Positions 10,197-20,962 of a stretch of DNA of 49,442 nt are shown here, piece after piece. Made by a program: the position numbers and the translations under genes. The first letter of the stretch is position 1. Every line of letters begins with the position of its first letter. Source of the stretch: Thraustochytrium aureum (taxonomy: Eukaryota); assembly GCA_012862495.1 (NCBI GenBank), contig BLSG01000419.1, forward strand, positions 220,552-269,993, given 5' to 3'. The notes beneath the pieces are model-generated. The model made no database searches. It had not been told where the DNA came from and saw only the letters and a list, made by a program, of their open reading frames with translations.

Positions 10197-11111
10197 ATGG
10201 ACACAATCCAGCTGCAGCGCAAGCGCAAGCGGGCCTTGGCAGCTGCCACGTTTGACGAGCCGCTCGAGCTGCTGAACGCCAACCTGACGCGCTTCCCGAG
10301 GAGGTCGACGCTCCTGCGGCGCTCGCTCGCTGTGCGGCGCACAAAGGCGCGGCAACGCGCAGCTCGGGACGAAGAGCAGCGCGTCATGGGAATGATCCTG
10401 CGCGCGCTGCGAGGCGAGACGCTCGAAGACGAGGTTGACGAGCCACGTGGCGTTGACGAGCTCACTGGGGGCCTGTACGAGGTCGAGGAGAGCGACTCGG
10501 AAGACGAGGGAGAGCGCGTCCGCAAGGCAGCCACCGCCCCGGGGACGGGAGCCCCGCGCGACGTGCTCGCCGAGTTCCCAGACCTCCGTGCGTTCCGAAG
10601 CCCAACGGCGATACCGGGCGAGCGCCTGCACGCCAAGTTGCGCATGTACGCGCAAGACCTCAACATGCCCCTAGGCATCGTAGTATTTTGCGCCGACCTG
10701 GCGCAGGCCAGCACGTACGAGCAGCTTCGGGGGGCTGGGCGGCGCTGGTCGCGGCGCGAGTTCCTCGAGCATCTCATCGACCCCAACACGCGCCTCGTTG
10801 TCGCGCACGAGGCGGGCACGGTCGAGCCGCTCGCGTTTGCCTCATTCTGCTTTTGCGAGGAGGACGGCGCCGCTGTGCTTCTCTTACATGAGCTTCACGT
10901 CGTCGAGTCCGCGAGGCGGCGTGGACTTGGCGCGCACGTGGTCAAGCTGCTCGAGAAAGTCGCTGCATTCCACAAAATGGACCGTATTACGCTCTCGTAC
11001 ATGCGAGGGACCCGCGCTCCGCGCGCGTTTTGCGCGGCGCTCGGCTACGCGGAAGGCCTGGCGAGCCCCGCCGCATCACCTCACCGCACACGCGTGTCCA
11101 AGAGCCTCTGA
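10197..11111 (+). CDS. GNAT acetyltransferase, N-alpha-acetyltransferase 40 (NatD)-like
   Basis: 304-aa ORF. Acetyl-CoA-binding motif A HELHVVESARRRGLG, preceded by AFASFCF.EEDGAAVL and followed by LLEKVA...MDRITL...F...LGY. N-terminal basic RKRKR. Confidence 0.7.
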   Translation: MDTIQLQRKRKRALAAATFDEPLELLNANLTRFPRRSTLLRRSLAVRRTKARQRAARDEEQRVMGMILRALRGETLEDEVDEPRGVDELTGGLYEVEESDSEDEGERVRKAATAPGTGAPRDVLAEFPDLRAFRSPTAIPGERLHAKLRMYAQDLNMPLGIVVFCADLAQASTYEQLRGAGRRWSRREFLEHLIDPNTRLVVAHEAGTVEPLAFASFCFCEEDGAAVLLLHELHVVESARRRGLGAHVVKLLEKVAAFHKMDRITLSYMRGTRAPRAFCAALGYAEGLASPAASPHRTRVSKSL

Positions 11112-11736
11112 GATCTGTAGATCGATAATGGTTTCATTCGATGCCAGCTTGGCTCTGCAAACTCTACCGTACGTAGGCCTGGCGCTAAAGCCCGCTCCTC
11201 TTCGCGCGCGGTGACGAAGCTGTGGCCGCTGATTTCATTCTTCGTCTGCCAAGGACAGGTTTCCCATGCGAGCAACTCCAGTGGCGCTCTCTCTCTCTGA
11301 GAGAGGGCACAACTCAGCATGTTGTGACGGCTGAGGCAGGCCGACCAGCCCCATGCGGACCACGCTGGTGCATTCTGCTTCAAAGCGAGCAAGCTACTCG
11401 AGAGCAAGAACGAACACCCGCCGATGAGCAAAGCAAAAACGCAGTACAAGCAGCGGAGCAACCAATTGTATCGACATCATCGTTGGGGCGTCCTGCGCAG
11501 CAAAGGATGGGAGAGCGACTACCATTCCTAGTGGGCTGAGCGGCGCACTCAACCGGAACCGCCGCCACAGCAAAGCAGCAGCAACGCCATGCGAGGTACT
11601 CTACTCCAAACCAAGTTGTTGTTTTTTGGGCTCGAACTCGTTCAAAGTTCGCCACTTTTTCCGGTTTTTGAAAAACACAGCGCACCACTGGCAGTGCGCC
11701 AACGCGCAGAGCCGCCAGCTGCAGCAGCATTGGCCA

Positions 11737-11778
11737 GCACGCCCGCACGCACGCCCGCACGCACGCCCGCACGCACGC
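11737..11778. repeat. (GCACGCCCGCAC)n tandem repeat about 90 bp upstream of the next ATG
   Basis: 3.5 copies of a 12-bp unit. Confidence 0.85.
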
Positions 11779-11868
11779 TGCAGCGCGGTCCTCAGCTCGT
11801 TCCTCGCTGCCAGAGCGGACTCGTCGCCGCGGACGAATCTCGGTGCGCATCGCGGCAGCACCCAAGAG

Positions 11869-14800
11869 ATGGAGCTGGACCACGCCACAGCCGCCGACCT
11901 GGACGACCACCTCGCGGCGGCGTCCGCCTGCCTTGATCGAACGGCGGACGGGAGATTTCGCGCAGGAGGCGTGCGAGGCGAGGTGTGGCTCCTGGAGCGA
12001 CTTGCGCAAGCCGGCACGGATGGCCCAGTAGCGAGGCGAACCTTGCTCGGCGACTTTGAGCTGGTCAGCGCCGTGCCGATGAACGTCTGCGTGATTGAGG
12101 CGCACAGCAAGGCTTTTGTGTTCGCAGGCGTCCTGCGCCAGACACAACGCGCGCTCAAGATTTGGTACCTCGACGAAACGGCCAGCACCAACGCTTCAAA
12201 ACGATGCACGCCCCGCGAAATAGACCTCAAAATGCCAAAGGAAGGCAAGCTGCGCGGGTTTGGGAGCGTTGTATTCAGCAGGCTCGATGATGCCAGTTCG
12301 GGCGGCCCGCTGCGTTTCCTGATCGCCTGTGGGCTCGGAATCGGCAAGGCGCACATTTGGCAGCTCTACGTCGACCTCGAGACCATGACCTGCACACATG
12401 CCTACGAAGGCGCTGTGACGCCGAGGCAAAACTCAATCAGCGCGCTTTGCTTCAGCTCGTGTGCGCTAAAGCTCGTCACGGTCTCCGCCATGGACAGAAT
12501 CGTGCAGCTCTGGGACCTTCCAGCGATCCGAGCAGAGCACCGTACCAAACTTGCCGCGTCTGGCGTCCAACCGAACGACCCTTTGTCCAGCCCAAGGGGG
12601 CCCTTTCAGGCGTCTTCGCGGCTCGGCGCGGTGATTGCAGACGCAGAGCTGGCTCAGGCGCTCGGCTCGTCACCAGCTCGCCGCGTCGAGTCCCTTCACA
12701 GAGGTTTCAACTCCAACCAGCCAAAGAGCGTGCTGGCGACAATCGTCGCAGACCCGGAGTGGGCCACGCTGTTTCCCACTTCAGCAGGGCTCGACCCCGC
12801 TGCAGAGGACCTCGAATTCGACCAGGCCTGCTACGAAGGCGACTTGGACGCCCGCGGACGCCCGCACGGCTCGGGCGTGGCGCTCATTCCTGGCGAGGCG
12901 CTGCAAGTCTACTCTGGCCAGTGGCGACACGGCGCGCGCCACGGCCACGGCACCTTGAAGGACGATGAGACGGGCCAGGTTGTCTTTGAAGGTGCGTGGG
13001 CGCACGACGAGCTTGACGGCTTTGGGCGCCAAGTCTCAGACGGGGACGAGTACGCAGGCCACTTCCACAAGGGCCAGAGGCACGGCTTTGGCGTCCTCAA
13101 CATTGCCCAGCGGACTCACCTCTCCTGGGAAAACACGCGCCCGCTTAAGAAGAAGCGCCAGCGCTACCCGGGCGAGACGTACGCCGGGTTTTGGAGCGCC
13201 GGAGCGCCACATGGGATCGGGCGATGGACCTTCCCTGTGCGCTGTCCTGCTCTCAATGAGCGCAATCCTGACGACCTGGTGCATCTGGGCAAGATCGTCT
13301 GCCTTGTAGTGCACAGAGATGGCGTCCTCTTGCGCGAGCTCCTTTTCGCTCGCGCGGACGGCTCGCCCATCCCTCCAGAGGACCGTCATTTGCTGCGCGA
13401 TGGCGCATCCAAGGTGCGAAACGAGGCGTTCGACCTGCCGGCCGCCTTTGCCGAGGCGGCGGCACCTCGGCCCGGGACATGGTTCGCCGCCGCGCGGTGC
13501 TGGCGCTGCCTCAAGCCCGCCGGGGACAGTGCAAGCAACGCCTTGGCCTGCCCGAGGTGCTCGCTGTGCATCCATACTGCCTGTTTAAGTCGCGACGGCG
13601 ATGCCGCGCAAGCTGTCGCCCCAAGTTGCCCTGCACCAGGGTGCGCTGGTGACGTTGAGCCGGCGGCCGTGCTCGAGCCGTATGTAACACATAGCGCCGC
13701 CTTCCCTGAGCGCGACGAGCGACTTGCGTTCGATCGGGTCGTTGATGCGAGAGCCAGGGGCGCAAGCCGCCAGACGGCTCCGCCAAAGCCTGCCTCGAAA
13801 GCCGCCGTACAGCCGGCCCCCAAGGCAGAGCCGGCCAAGAAGCGACTCGCGGACCAGGACGCCCTCGCGGCCTCGCAGGCGGCTCGGCGGCTCGGCAAGC
13901 AGGCTCGCAAGCAGCGGACCGAGCGCCAAAAGCTGTTCTTCAAGGCCCAGCTAGCGCTCTTGCGCCGCCGCGAGATCCAGCGCCGCAAGGGCTGGAACGC
14001 GCAAAAGGACGCGAGATCCTCGCAGATTGAGGACCTTGAAGCAATTCNNNNNNNNNNNNNNNNNNNNNNNNNNNNNNNNNNNNNNNNNNNNNNNNNNNNN
14101 NNNNNNNNNNNNNNNNNNNNNNNNNNNNNNNNNNNNNNNNNNNNNNNNNNNNNNNNNNNNNNNNNNNNNNNNNNNNNNNNNNNNNNNNNNNNNNNNNNNN
14201 NNNNNNNNNNNNNNNNNNNNNNNNNNNNNNNNNNNNNNNNNNNNNNNNNNNNNNNNNNNNNNNNNNNNNNNNNNNNNNNNNNNNNNNNNNNNNNNNNNNN
14301 NNNNNNNNNNNNNNNNNNNNNNNNNNNNNNNNNNNNNNNNNNNNNNNNNNNNNNNNNNNNNNNNNNNNNNNNNNNNNNNNNNNNNNNNNNNNNNNNNNNN
14401 NNNNNNNNNNNNNNNNNNNNNNNNNNNNNNNNNNNNNNNNNNNNNNNNNNNNNNNNNNNNNNNNNNNNNNNNNNNNNNNNNNNNNNNNNNNNNNNNNNNN
14501 NNNNNNNNNNNNNNNNNNNNNNNNNNNNNNNNNNNNNNNNNNNNNNNNNNNNNNNNNNNNNNNNNNNNNNNNNNNNNNNNNNNNNNNNNNNNNNNNNNNN
14601 NNNNNNNNNNNNNNNNNNNNNNNNNNNNNNNNNNNNNNNNNNNNNNNNNNNNNNNNNNNNNNNNNNNNNNNNNNNNNNNNNNNNNNNNNNNNNNNNNNNN
14701 NNNNNNNNNNNNNNNNNNNNNNNNNNNNNNNTGGACGCCGAGGGCGCCAGCGTGTTCGAGCAGCTCCAGCTCGCGCAGAAGCGGTCCAACGCGCGCTTGT

Positions 14801-15894
14801 TGCAGAGCGACGCCACAACCGTTCTGCGCCTTGTCGATCGCGGCTCGCAGGTCCGCAAGGTAAGAGACCCCTCACCGCCGGCCCCAGTCGACCTGGAGGC
14901 CAACATCCAGAGCGCGCCCTTTGACTTCAACGACATCGTCGTGCAGTTCAGAGTCTGCACGAACGAGGAGTCGCGCTCCAGCGCTGCAACGCCAGCGAGT
15001 CGTCCCAGGGGATCGCGGGCCGTCTCGGTCGACTCGGCGTCGACTCCGACCGCCTCTGCAGCTGCTAGCCTGCTTCCGACTCGCGCGCCGGTCAGGACGC
15101 CCTCCGGGGCCTCAAACGAGGGCGGCCCGGCCGCGCCGCTACCCAAGGTGGACCCTCCTTCGTGGCGCCCGCACGATTGGCGCAAGGACGTGCCACCACC
15201 CGGAGCCGAGGCCCCAGAAGAAGAGTTTTCAGACGAGGCCTACTTGAGCCGACATGAAGAGGCCCTCAAGGAGGCCAAGGCGCAGTGGGACGCGCATGTT
15301 GAGGAGAAGAAACGCCTCAAAGAAGAGGAGCGCGTGCGCCGTCAGCAGATGCAGCAGGCGCGGTCACGGTCTCCCCGCGTTGGCCGTCGGGCCTCGGTCT
15401 CGTCGAGCGGCTCGGTTGGCGGCGGTGGGGGCGACGAGGCGGCCAGCCCGCTTACCTGGGCAGGCGCGGGCATTGGCGTAGACATACCGACAGTGGACCA
15501 AATGGCAGACGCCGAAAAGCCAGTCGGAACCGCTGCGGCCGGGCGGGCGCGGGGTCGGCCGGCTCGAACTCCCCAGCCGCAGCAGCGCAAGCGCAAGTTG
15601 CACGAAGGGGCAGGATCTGAATCTGTCAGCGGCGAGGCCTCGGAAGACCAGCCCGACACCGCAGAACCGCAGGAACAGGTTGTCGCCAGCCCCCCCGCTA
15701 AGCGACCGCGCGGCCGCCCGCCGTCGAAGGGGCCTCACAAAATCTCCACCCGGGCCTCGACTGGCAGCGCCGGGGCCGGCGTGTCAACGCGCGCTGCGCG
15801 CTCGCCGAGCCAGTCCCCGGCCTCAGCGGGCTCGCCAAGCCCAGCGCCCGCTAGGCGCGCCTCGTCGAGGCAACGCAAGGCCAAGGCCGCATGA
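11869..15894 (+). CDS. Multidomain protein: WD40-like N-terminus, MORN repeats, PHD-type zinc finger, (assembly gap), KANSL1/MSL1-like PEHE region; may be two genes split by the gap
   Basis: ATG 11869. WD-like LVTVSAMDRIVQLWD. About five MORN repeats (e.g. YSGQWRHGARHGHG) at 12829-13233. C-x2-C..C-x2-C-x4-H-x2-C..C-x4-C at 13498-13644. After the gap: FDFNDIVV, PSWR and EEFSDEAYLSRHEEAL...W, then AT-hook-like RGRP motifs. Confidence 0.7.
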   Translation: MELDHATAADLDDHLAAASACLDRTADGRFRAGGVRGEVWLLERLAQAGTDGPVARRTLLGDFELVSAVPMNVCVIEAHSKAFVFAGVLRQTQRALKIWYLDETASTNASKRCTPREIDLKMPKEGKLRGFGSVVFSRLDDASSGGPLRFLIACGLGIGKAHIWQLYVDLETMTCTHAYEGAVTPRQNSISALCFSSCALKLVTVSAMDRIVQLWDLPAIRAEHRTKLAASGVQPNDPLSSPRGPFQASSRLGAVIADAELAQALGSSPARRVESLHRGFNSNQPKSVLATIVADPEWATLFPTSAGLDPAAEDLEFDQACYEGDLDARGRPHGSGVALIPGEALQVYSGQWRHGARHGHGTLKDDETGQVVFEGAWAHDELDGFGRQVSDGDEYAGHFHKGQRHGFGVLNIAQRTHLSWENTRPLKKKRQRYPGETYAGFWSAGAPHGIGRWTFPVRCPALNERNPDDLVHLGKIVCLVVHRDGVLLRELLFARADGSPIPPEDRHLLRDGASKVRNEAFDLPAAFAEAAAPRPGTWFAAARCWRCLKPAGDSASNALACPRCSLCIHTACLSRDGDAAQAVAPSCPAPGCAGDVEPAAVLEPYVTHSAAFPERDERLAFDRVVDARARGASRQTAPPKPASKAAVQPAPKAEPAKKRLADQDALAASQAARRLGKQARKQRTERQKLFFKAQLALLRRREIQRRKGWNAQKDARSSQIEDLEAIXXXXXXXXXXXXXXXXXXXXXXXXXXXXXXXXXXXXXXXXXXXXXXXXXXXXXXXXXXXXXXXXXXXXXXXXXXXXXXXXXXXXXXXXXXXXXXXXXXXXXXXXXXXXXXXXXXXXXXXXXXXXXXXXXXXXXXXXXXXXXXXXXXXXXXXXXXXXXXXXXXXXXXXXXXXXXXXXXXXXXXXXXXXXXXXXXXXXXXXXXXXXXXXXXXXXXXXXXXXXXXXXXXXXXDAEGASVFEQLQLAQKRSNARLLQSDATTVLRLVDRGSQVRKVRDPSPPAPVDLEANIQSAPFDFNDIVVQFRVCTNEESRSSAATPASRPRGSRAVSVDSASTPTASAAASLLPTRAPVRTPSGASNEGGPAAPLPKVDPPSWRPHDWRKDVPPPGAEAPEEEFSDEAYLSRHEEALKEAKAQWDAHVEEKKRLKEEERVRRQQMQQARSRSPRVGRRASVSSSGSVGGGGGDEAASPLTWAGAGIGVDIPTVDQMADAEKPVGTAAAGRARGRPARTPQPQQRKRKLHEGAGSESVSGEASEDQPDTAEPQEQVVASPPAKRPRGRPPSKGPHKISTRASTGSAGAGVSTRAARSPSQSPASAGSPSPAPARRASSRQRKAKAA

Positions 15895-16102
15895 CCCTGG
15901 CTTGCTTGCTGGGCGAGGAGGCGGACAGGCCACCAGAAGGCCGTGCCACGCTGTGCATTCCCGCGTCCGGACCGACTGTGTTTCTTGCAAAAGGAACAAC
16001 CGACCGCCGCAACGGGGCGCATCTTGGACGCGCCCCGCATGGTCAATCGATCTCCATTAGAAAGATAGTTGTTACTCGTCCCTTTCTACTGCGCTACTGC
16101 AG

Positions 16103-17694
16103 CTAGTGGTGTCCAAATCCGAACCCTGACCGCCGGAACTGGTGGTGGAATCCATGACCACGCTGGCCCCCGTTGTTGCCCTGGTTCTCAAAAACCTCTT
16201 CGCCCCGGTCGTACTTGCCGCGCAGCTCGTCGTTCGAAAGAACCTCGTACGCCTCCGCGACGATCTGAAACTTGGACGACATGCCCTCGCGCTCCGCCTC
16301 CGACTTGTCCCCCGTGCCTATCGGGGTGAAAGTCCTTGGCGAGCTTGCGGTACGCACGCTTGATTTGCGTCGCGTCCGCGTCGCGGGGGGACCCCCAGGA
16401 TCTTGTAATAGTTCTTTTGCTTGGACTGCTTGAGCCCGACCTCGGTGCGGTGCATTCCCTCTCGCACCGAGTGATCCTCGCGGTCCACGTCGTGCGCGCG
16501 CTGCCACGCTCGCAGGGCCTCCTCAAAGTCGGCAGTCTCCTCTGCGGTGCGCGTCAGCAGGTCTGCGTACGTCACGTAGGGCTCGAGCATCTTCGGGTCG
16601 ATCTGGATCGCGGCCTCGCATGTGGCGCGCGCCTCAGCCTTGTTCTTCATCTTGGCGTGGATTTTGCACATCTTGGCGTTCAGCGTCTTGGCATGTTCGC
16701 GGTGCGAGGGGTCCACGGCGAGCGCCTCCGCGAAACTGGCCAGGGCCTGCACCCAGGACTCGTGGTTGTGCACCTCGAGTAGCTCGTCGCCCTTCTTGGT
16801 GAGCTTGATAATCTTTTGCAGTCGCTTGTACCAGGCCTTGGTTTCCTCGTTCTCGGGGTCCTTGTGCAGCACCTCTCGAAAGTGCCGCATTGCCATGTCG
16901 TGATCAGCCACGCGATAGTACGCCATCCCGCGCAGCAAGAGCGCGTCTAGGTCGTCGGGGTTTTTCTTGAGCACGCTCATTGTGTCTGCGATCGACTCAA
17001 AGTAGTTGCCAAGGGCGTACCGCGCCTTGGCCCGAAGGAGGCGCACGTACGGCGCTTTGCCGGCGATCTCCATGGCCTCCGTGCACTTTTGCTCTGCGCG
17101 CTCGTAGAGGTGCTGCTTGAGGAACAGTTCTGCTTGCTCGATCTCCTTCGAGCACTCGAGCGCCTTGGGGAGCAGCTTTTTCGCGTCGCCATGCGTGGGC
17201 TTGCGCCGCAGGACCTCTTGAAAGTCCAGCACGGCGTCAGTGCACCGCCCGACGCTCATCAGCGTCCGCCCACGGAACGCAAACCCCGTCAGGCTTGAGG
17301 GGTCGAGCTCGATGGCCTTGTTGATCGCTTGCAGCGCCCCGACGGCGTTGCCCACCTTGTCTTGCGCCTTGAAGAGCTTGAGCAAGTTTTTCTCATTGTT
17401 GGGCTCCACCTTGACAGCCTCCTCGAAGAGGCGCACAGCGTCCCGAAACCTCTTCGCCATCAGCGCGTCCTCTCCTTGCGACCGCAGCGCGGCAGCCTGC
17501 TTCTTCGCCTTGGCGGCGGCCTCCTCTGGCGCGCACTCTGCTGCTTGCGCCCCGTCGCTTCCTGCCGTCCCCTGCGGCGGCGGCGCTGCCGCCGCCGCAG
17601 CGGCGGCTTCCTGCTCGCCACGAGCGACCACAGACAGCAGCGCAGCCAGCACGAACACCAGCCGGCCGACATTCGCCACGCGGCGGGCCCTCAT
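16103..17694 (-). CDS. DNAJC3: DnaJ homolog subfamily C member 3 (P58IPK): signal peptide, TPR repeats, J domain; two apparent homopolymer frameshifts
   Basis: Hydrophobic leader LVFVLAALLSVVARG, multiple TPRs, then KQSKQKNYYKILGV / IKRAYRKLAKDFHPD / KFQIVAEAYEVLSNDELRGKYDRGE. The J domain becomes continuous on removing one base from G6 at 16385-16390 and one from C5 at 16309-16313. Confidence 0.9.
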
Positions 17695-18032
17695 CGTCCC
17701 GAATCCCCAACAGCAGGCAGCCCAGGCACGCGAGTGCGCGAGGACGCAAGGGCGAACGCACGAACTCTGCGCAGGTACGGGCCGCCGACGCGAACGCAAC
17801 GCAACGCAGCGCCAGCACAGCCTCCGCGCCAGCCAGCATCACCGCGCCCGCGCGCCAAGCAACCCTTTCGGGCTCTGCGTGCTCGATCGAAGCTGGATTT
17901 TGACGAGCGCTTTCATTGCAGTGCTCTGCTTGTAAACTTACTCGATGATGAGCTCGACGACGACAACTCGCACGCCCTTCGGTCGATGCGCGGCCTGACT
18001 CGCCAGCGGACGCGCGTCAACAGGCCCTGGAC

Positions 18033-18115
18033 GCCTGCCTGCCTGCCCGCCTGCCTGACTTACTGGATGGATGGATGGACATGTGGATGGATGGACGCGT
18101 GTCTGGATGGACGGA
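18033..18115. repeat. Compound microsatellite (GCCT)n/(TGGA)n
   Basis: gcctgcctgcctgcccgcctgcctg followed by tggatggatggatgga... tracts. Confidence 0.75.
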
Positions 18116-19294
18116 CGACTGCGTGGCCAGGCAGGACATCGACATGCTCCAGCCCAGCCTGCTTGCTTACGCACGTGGTGGTACGCACGGCCTACTGTAC
18201 CGGTAGAGTACCTCTGACTGGGTTGGCCTATGTAGGATGTCCTGTTGACGATGCGCTGGACGCCCAAAGGGCTGGTCCGCCGTCAACAGCGCTTTCGGGT
18301 CCTGACTGACGGGCTGGCTGGCTGGCTGCGCGGAGAGGCTCCACATCGACCAGCTCCAGCCCAGCCAAGCAGCGCTTGGCTGAGTAGAGCATCCTGATGA
18401 GTACTGCGCATGGGAGTCCTGACTAGGAAGCCCTGACCATGGTGGACACACGCGCAAAGCTTTGTACGCAGCAGCCCCGCGCAGCCCGCGCCAACAAAGC
18501 CGCTTCGGATACAGGCTGCCAGGCTGCCAACGCGGGCAAGCACTTGTATGCTCGTCGTCGGTCGACTTGCTCGATGTGGTTCATATTTGTCGAGGCCGGG
18601 CAACGTTTTTTNNNNNNNNNNNNNNNNNNNNNNNNNNNNNNNNNNNNNNNNNNNNNNNNNNNNNNNNNNNNNNNNNNNNNNNNNNNNNNNNNNNNNNNNN
18701 NNNNNNNNNNNNNNNNNNNNNNNNNNNNNNNNNNNNNNNNNNNNNNNNNNNNNNNNNNNNNNNNNNNNNNNNNNNNNNNNNNNNNNNNNNNNNNNNNNNN
18801 NNNNNNNNNNNNNNNNNNNNNNNNNNNNNNNNNNNNNNNNNNNNNNNNNNNNNNNNNNNNNNNNNNNNNNNNNNNNNNNNNNNNNNNNNNNNNNNNNNNN
18901 NNNNNNNNNNNNNNNNNNNNNNNNNNNNNNNNNNNNNNNNNNNNNNNNNNNNNNNNNNNNNNNNNNNNNNNNNNNNNNNNNNNNNNNNNNNNNNNNNNNN
19001 NNNNNNNNNNNNNNNNNNNNNNNNNNNNNNNNNNNNNNNNNNNNNNNNNNNNNNNNNNNNNNNNNNNNNNNNNNNNNNNNNNNNNNNNNNNNNNNNNNNN
19101 NNNNNNNNNNNNNNNNNNNNNNNNNNNNNNNNNNNNNNNNNNNNNNNNNNNNNNNNNNNNNNNNNNNNNNNNNNNNNNNNNNNNNNNNNNNNNNNNNNNN
19201 NNNNNNNNNNNNNNNNNNNNNNNNNNNNNNNNNNNNNNNNNNNNNNNNNNNNNNNNNNNNNNNNNNNNNNNNNNNNNNNNNNNNNNNNNNNNNA

Positions 19295-20733
19295 AAGATC
19301 AACATCAAGAACATCCTCAAGCTCGTCGAGCCAGACGAGTTCGTGCGCTACCACGCCTGGCTGCGCGAGCGCATGATGCGCATGCGCGACCACCTGGTAC
19401 AACGCGCAAAGGCCCTTTCGCTGGACAACTACTCGCCCCTCGACGCGCAGTACACTGTGGTCCTCGACTTTGAGGGGGGCTCGCTGGGCCAGGTCGGCCC
19501 GACCTTCTATGGGATGATGCAGCAGACCACGCAGATCGACCAAGTGTACTATCCAGAGCGCATGTTTCGCTCAATCTTCATTCACACCCCGTTCATCTTC
19601 ACGGCGGTCTGGCGAATCGTCAAGGGCTTTCTTGACAAGGACACCGTTGCCAAGCTGCGAATTGTGCGCGCGGACTACTTTAAGCACCTGAGCGAGATCA
19701 TCGACCCGAGCGAGATTCCAGCAGATTACGGGGGCAGCGCGCCCCCGCTCGCACCCCGCGACCACGTTAGCCAGGTCACGGAGCGCTTCTTCGCCGACCT
19801 TGCACTGGAGGCCGCAGAGGCGCGGAGGCTAGCCGAGACGAAAAAGCTGCAGGAGGAGCAAGCCGCCGCCGAGGCTGAGCGCGCCCGATCCGCCGCGGCA
19901 CTCGCAAGCGCTGCACTTGACGCAGCGAGGGGCGCGGAATTGGAACCCGCGGCCGCATCTGCAGGCGCGTTTGGCCCAGCCGTCGAGGAGCGCTCGCTTG
20001 AGGGTGGGTCGGATTCAGGGGCAGGCGCGCCACACGTCGAATCCGCCGAAACCTGGTCTGCCGCCCCGGATTTAGCCGGCTCGATTTCCCGCTCTGCGGC
20101 AGAGGCTCTGGCTGCCGGAGAAGCCGCGCAAACCAAGCCTGGTACCGCTGAGACGGTCGCGCTAATGCCAAAGCGCACGCCAGACCGAGGAGGCGAGATC
20201 GAATCGGAAGCGCAGGAGGCGCCCAGCGCTGCTCAGGCGCTAGCCGAGCCTTCCGCTGCGGCGAGCTCTCTCAACAGCAGCGTCCGCGACCTTCAGATGG
20301 CCCTTCTGAGCGCACACCTTGAGTTGAGCAGATTGAACGGTTCACGCTCGAAGAAAACGAGCACCTACGGCGCAAGGTCGACCAGGTCAGGGCAGCGCTC
20401 GCGCCGGCGAACCGCACATCTGCAGATCGGGACGAGGCCAGGCCCGGGCTCGCTGACGAGGAGGTTCGGCTTCTGGACGGCCAGGTCGAGCGCCTAAGGC
20501 ACGAGCTCGAGGAGGTGCTGGAAGAAACTAGCTCGCACCAACGGGCCATCACCTTCGCGCGCAAATTCATCGAGGAGGAGTCCTCCGCCTTGAGCAACGA
20601 CGAGGCGTTCAAGTCGCTCAAGGCCGAAGTGTCGCGTCTGAGCCTCGAGAATGCGCTCCTCGCTGAAGAGCTCGAGCGAGCTTTCGGCCCTCAAGCTGCA
20701 ACGCTGGTTTTGCAAGGCCGCGCTGTGGCATAG
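19295..20733 (+). CDS. Sec14/CRAL-TRIO lipid-binding protein with C-terminal coiled coil; 5' end in gap, one apparent frameshift
   Basis: TVVLDFEG, DQVYYPERM....FIHTPFIFTAVWRIVKGFLDKDTVAKL, IDPSEIPADYGG. Adding one T at 20324-20325 joins a heptad-rich tail that ends at TAG 20733. Confidence 0.85.
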
Positions 20734-20962
20734 CCTCTGAGACGAGCCCCACAGCGTGGCGGTTGGAAGGGGGCGGATGGGTGGTTGGGTCGCCAGCCTT
20801 GATACCGGGCCGCTCGCTCACGCGGCCCTCGCGAGCCAAGCATTGACGCGCGATGACGATTAAAAGAAAACGAAACAACATTTGATTGAAAAAAAGAAAG
20901 TCGTTTGGAGTGTTCACCGTTTCCGCACATGTCTGCCTGCCTGCCTGCCTGCCGAACGCCGT

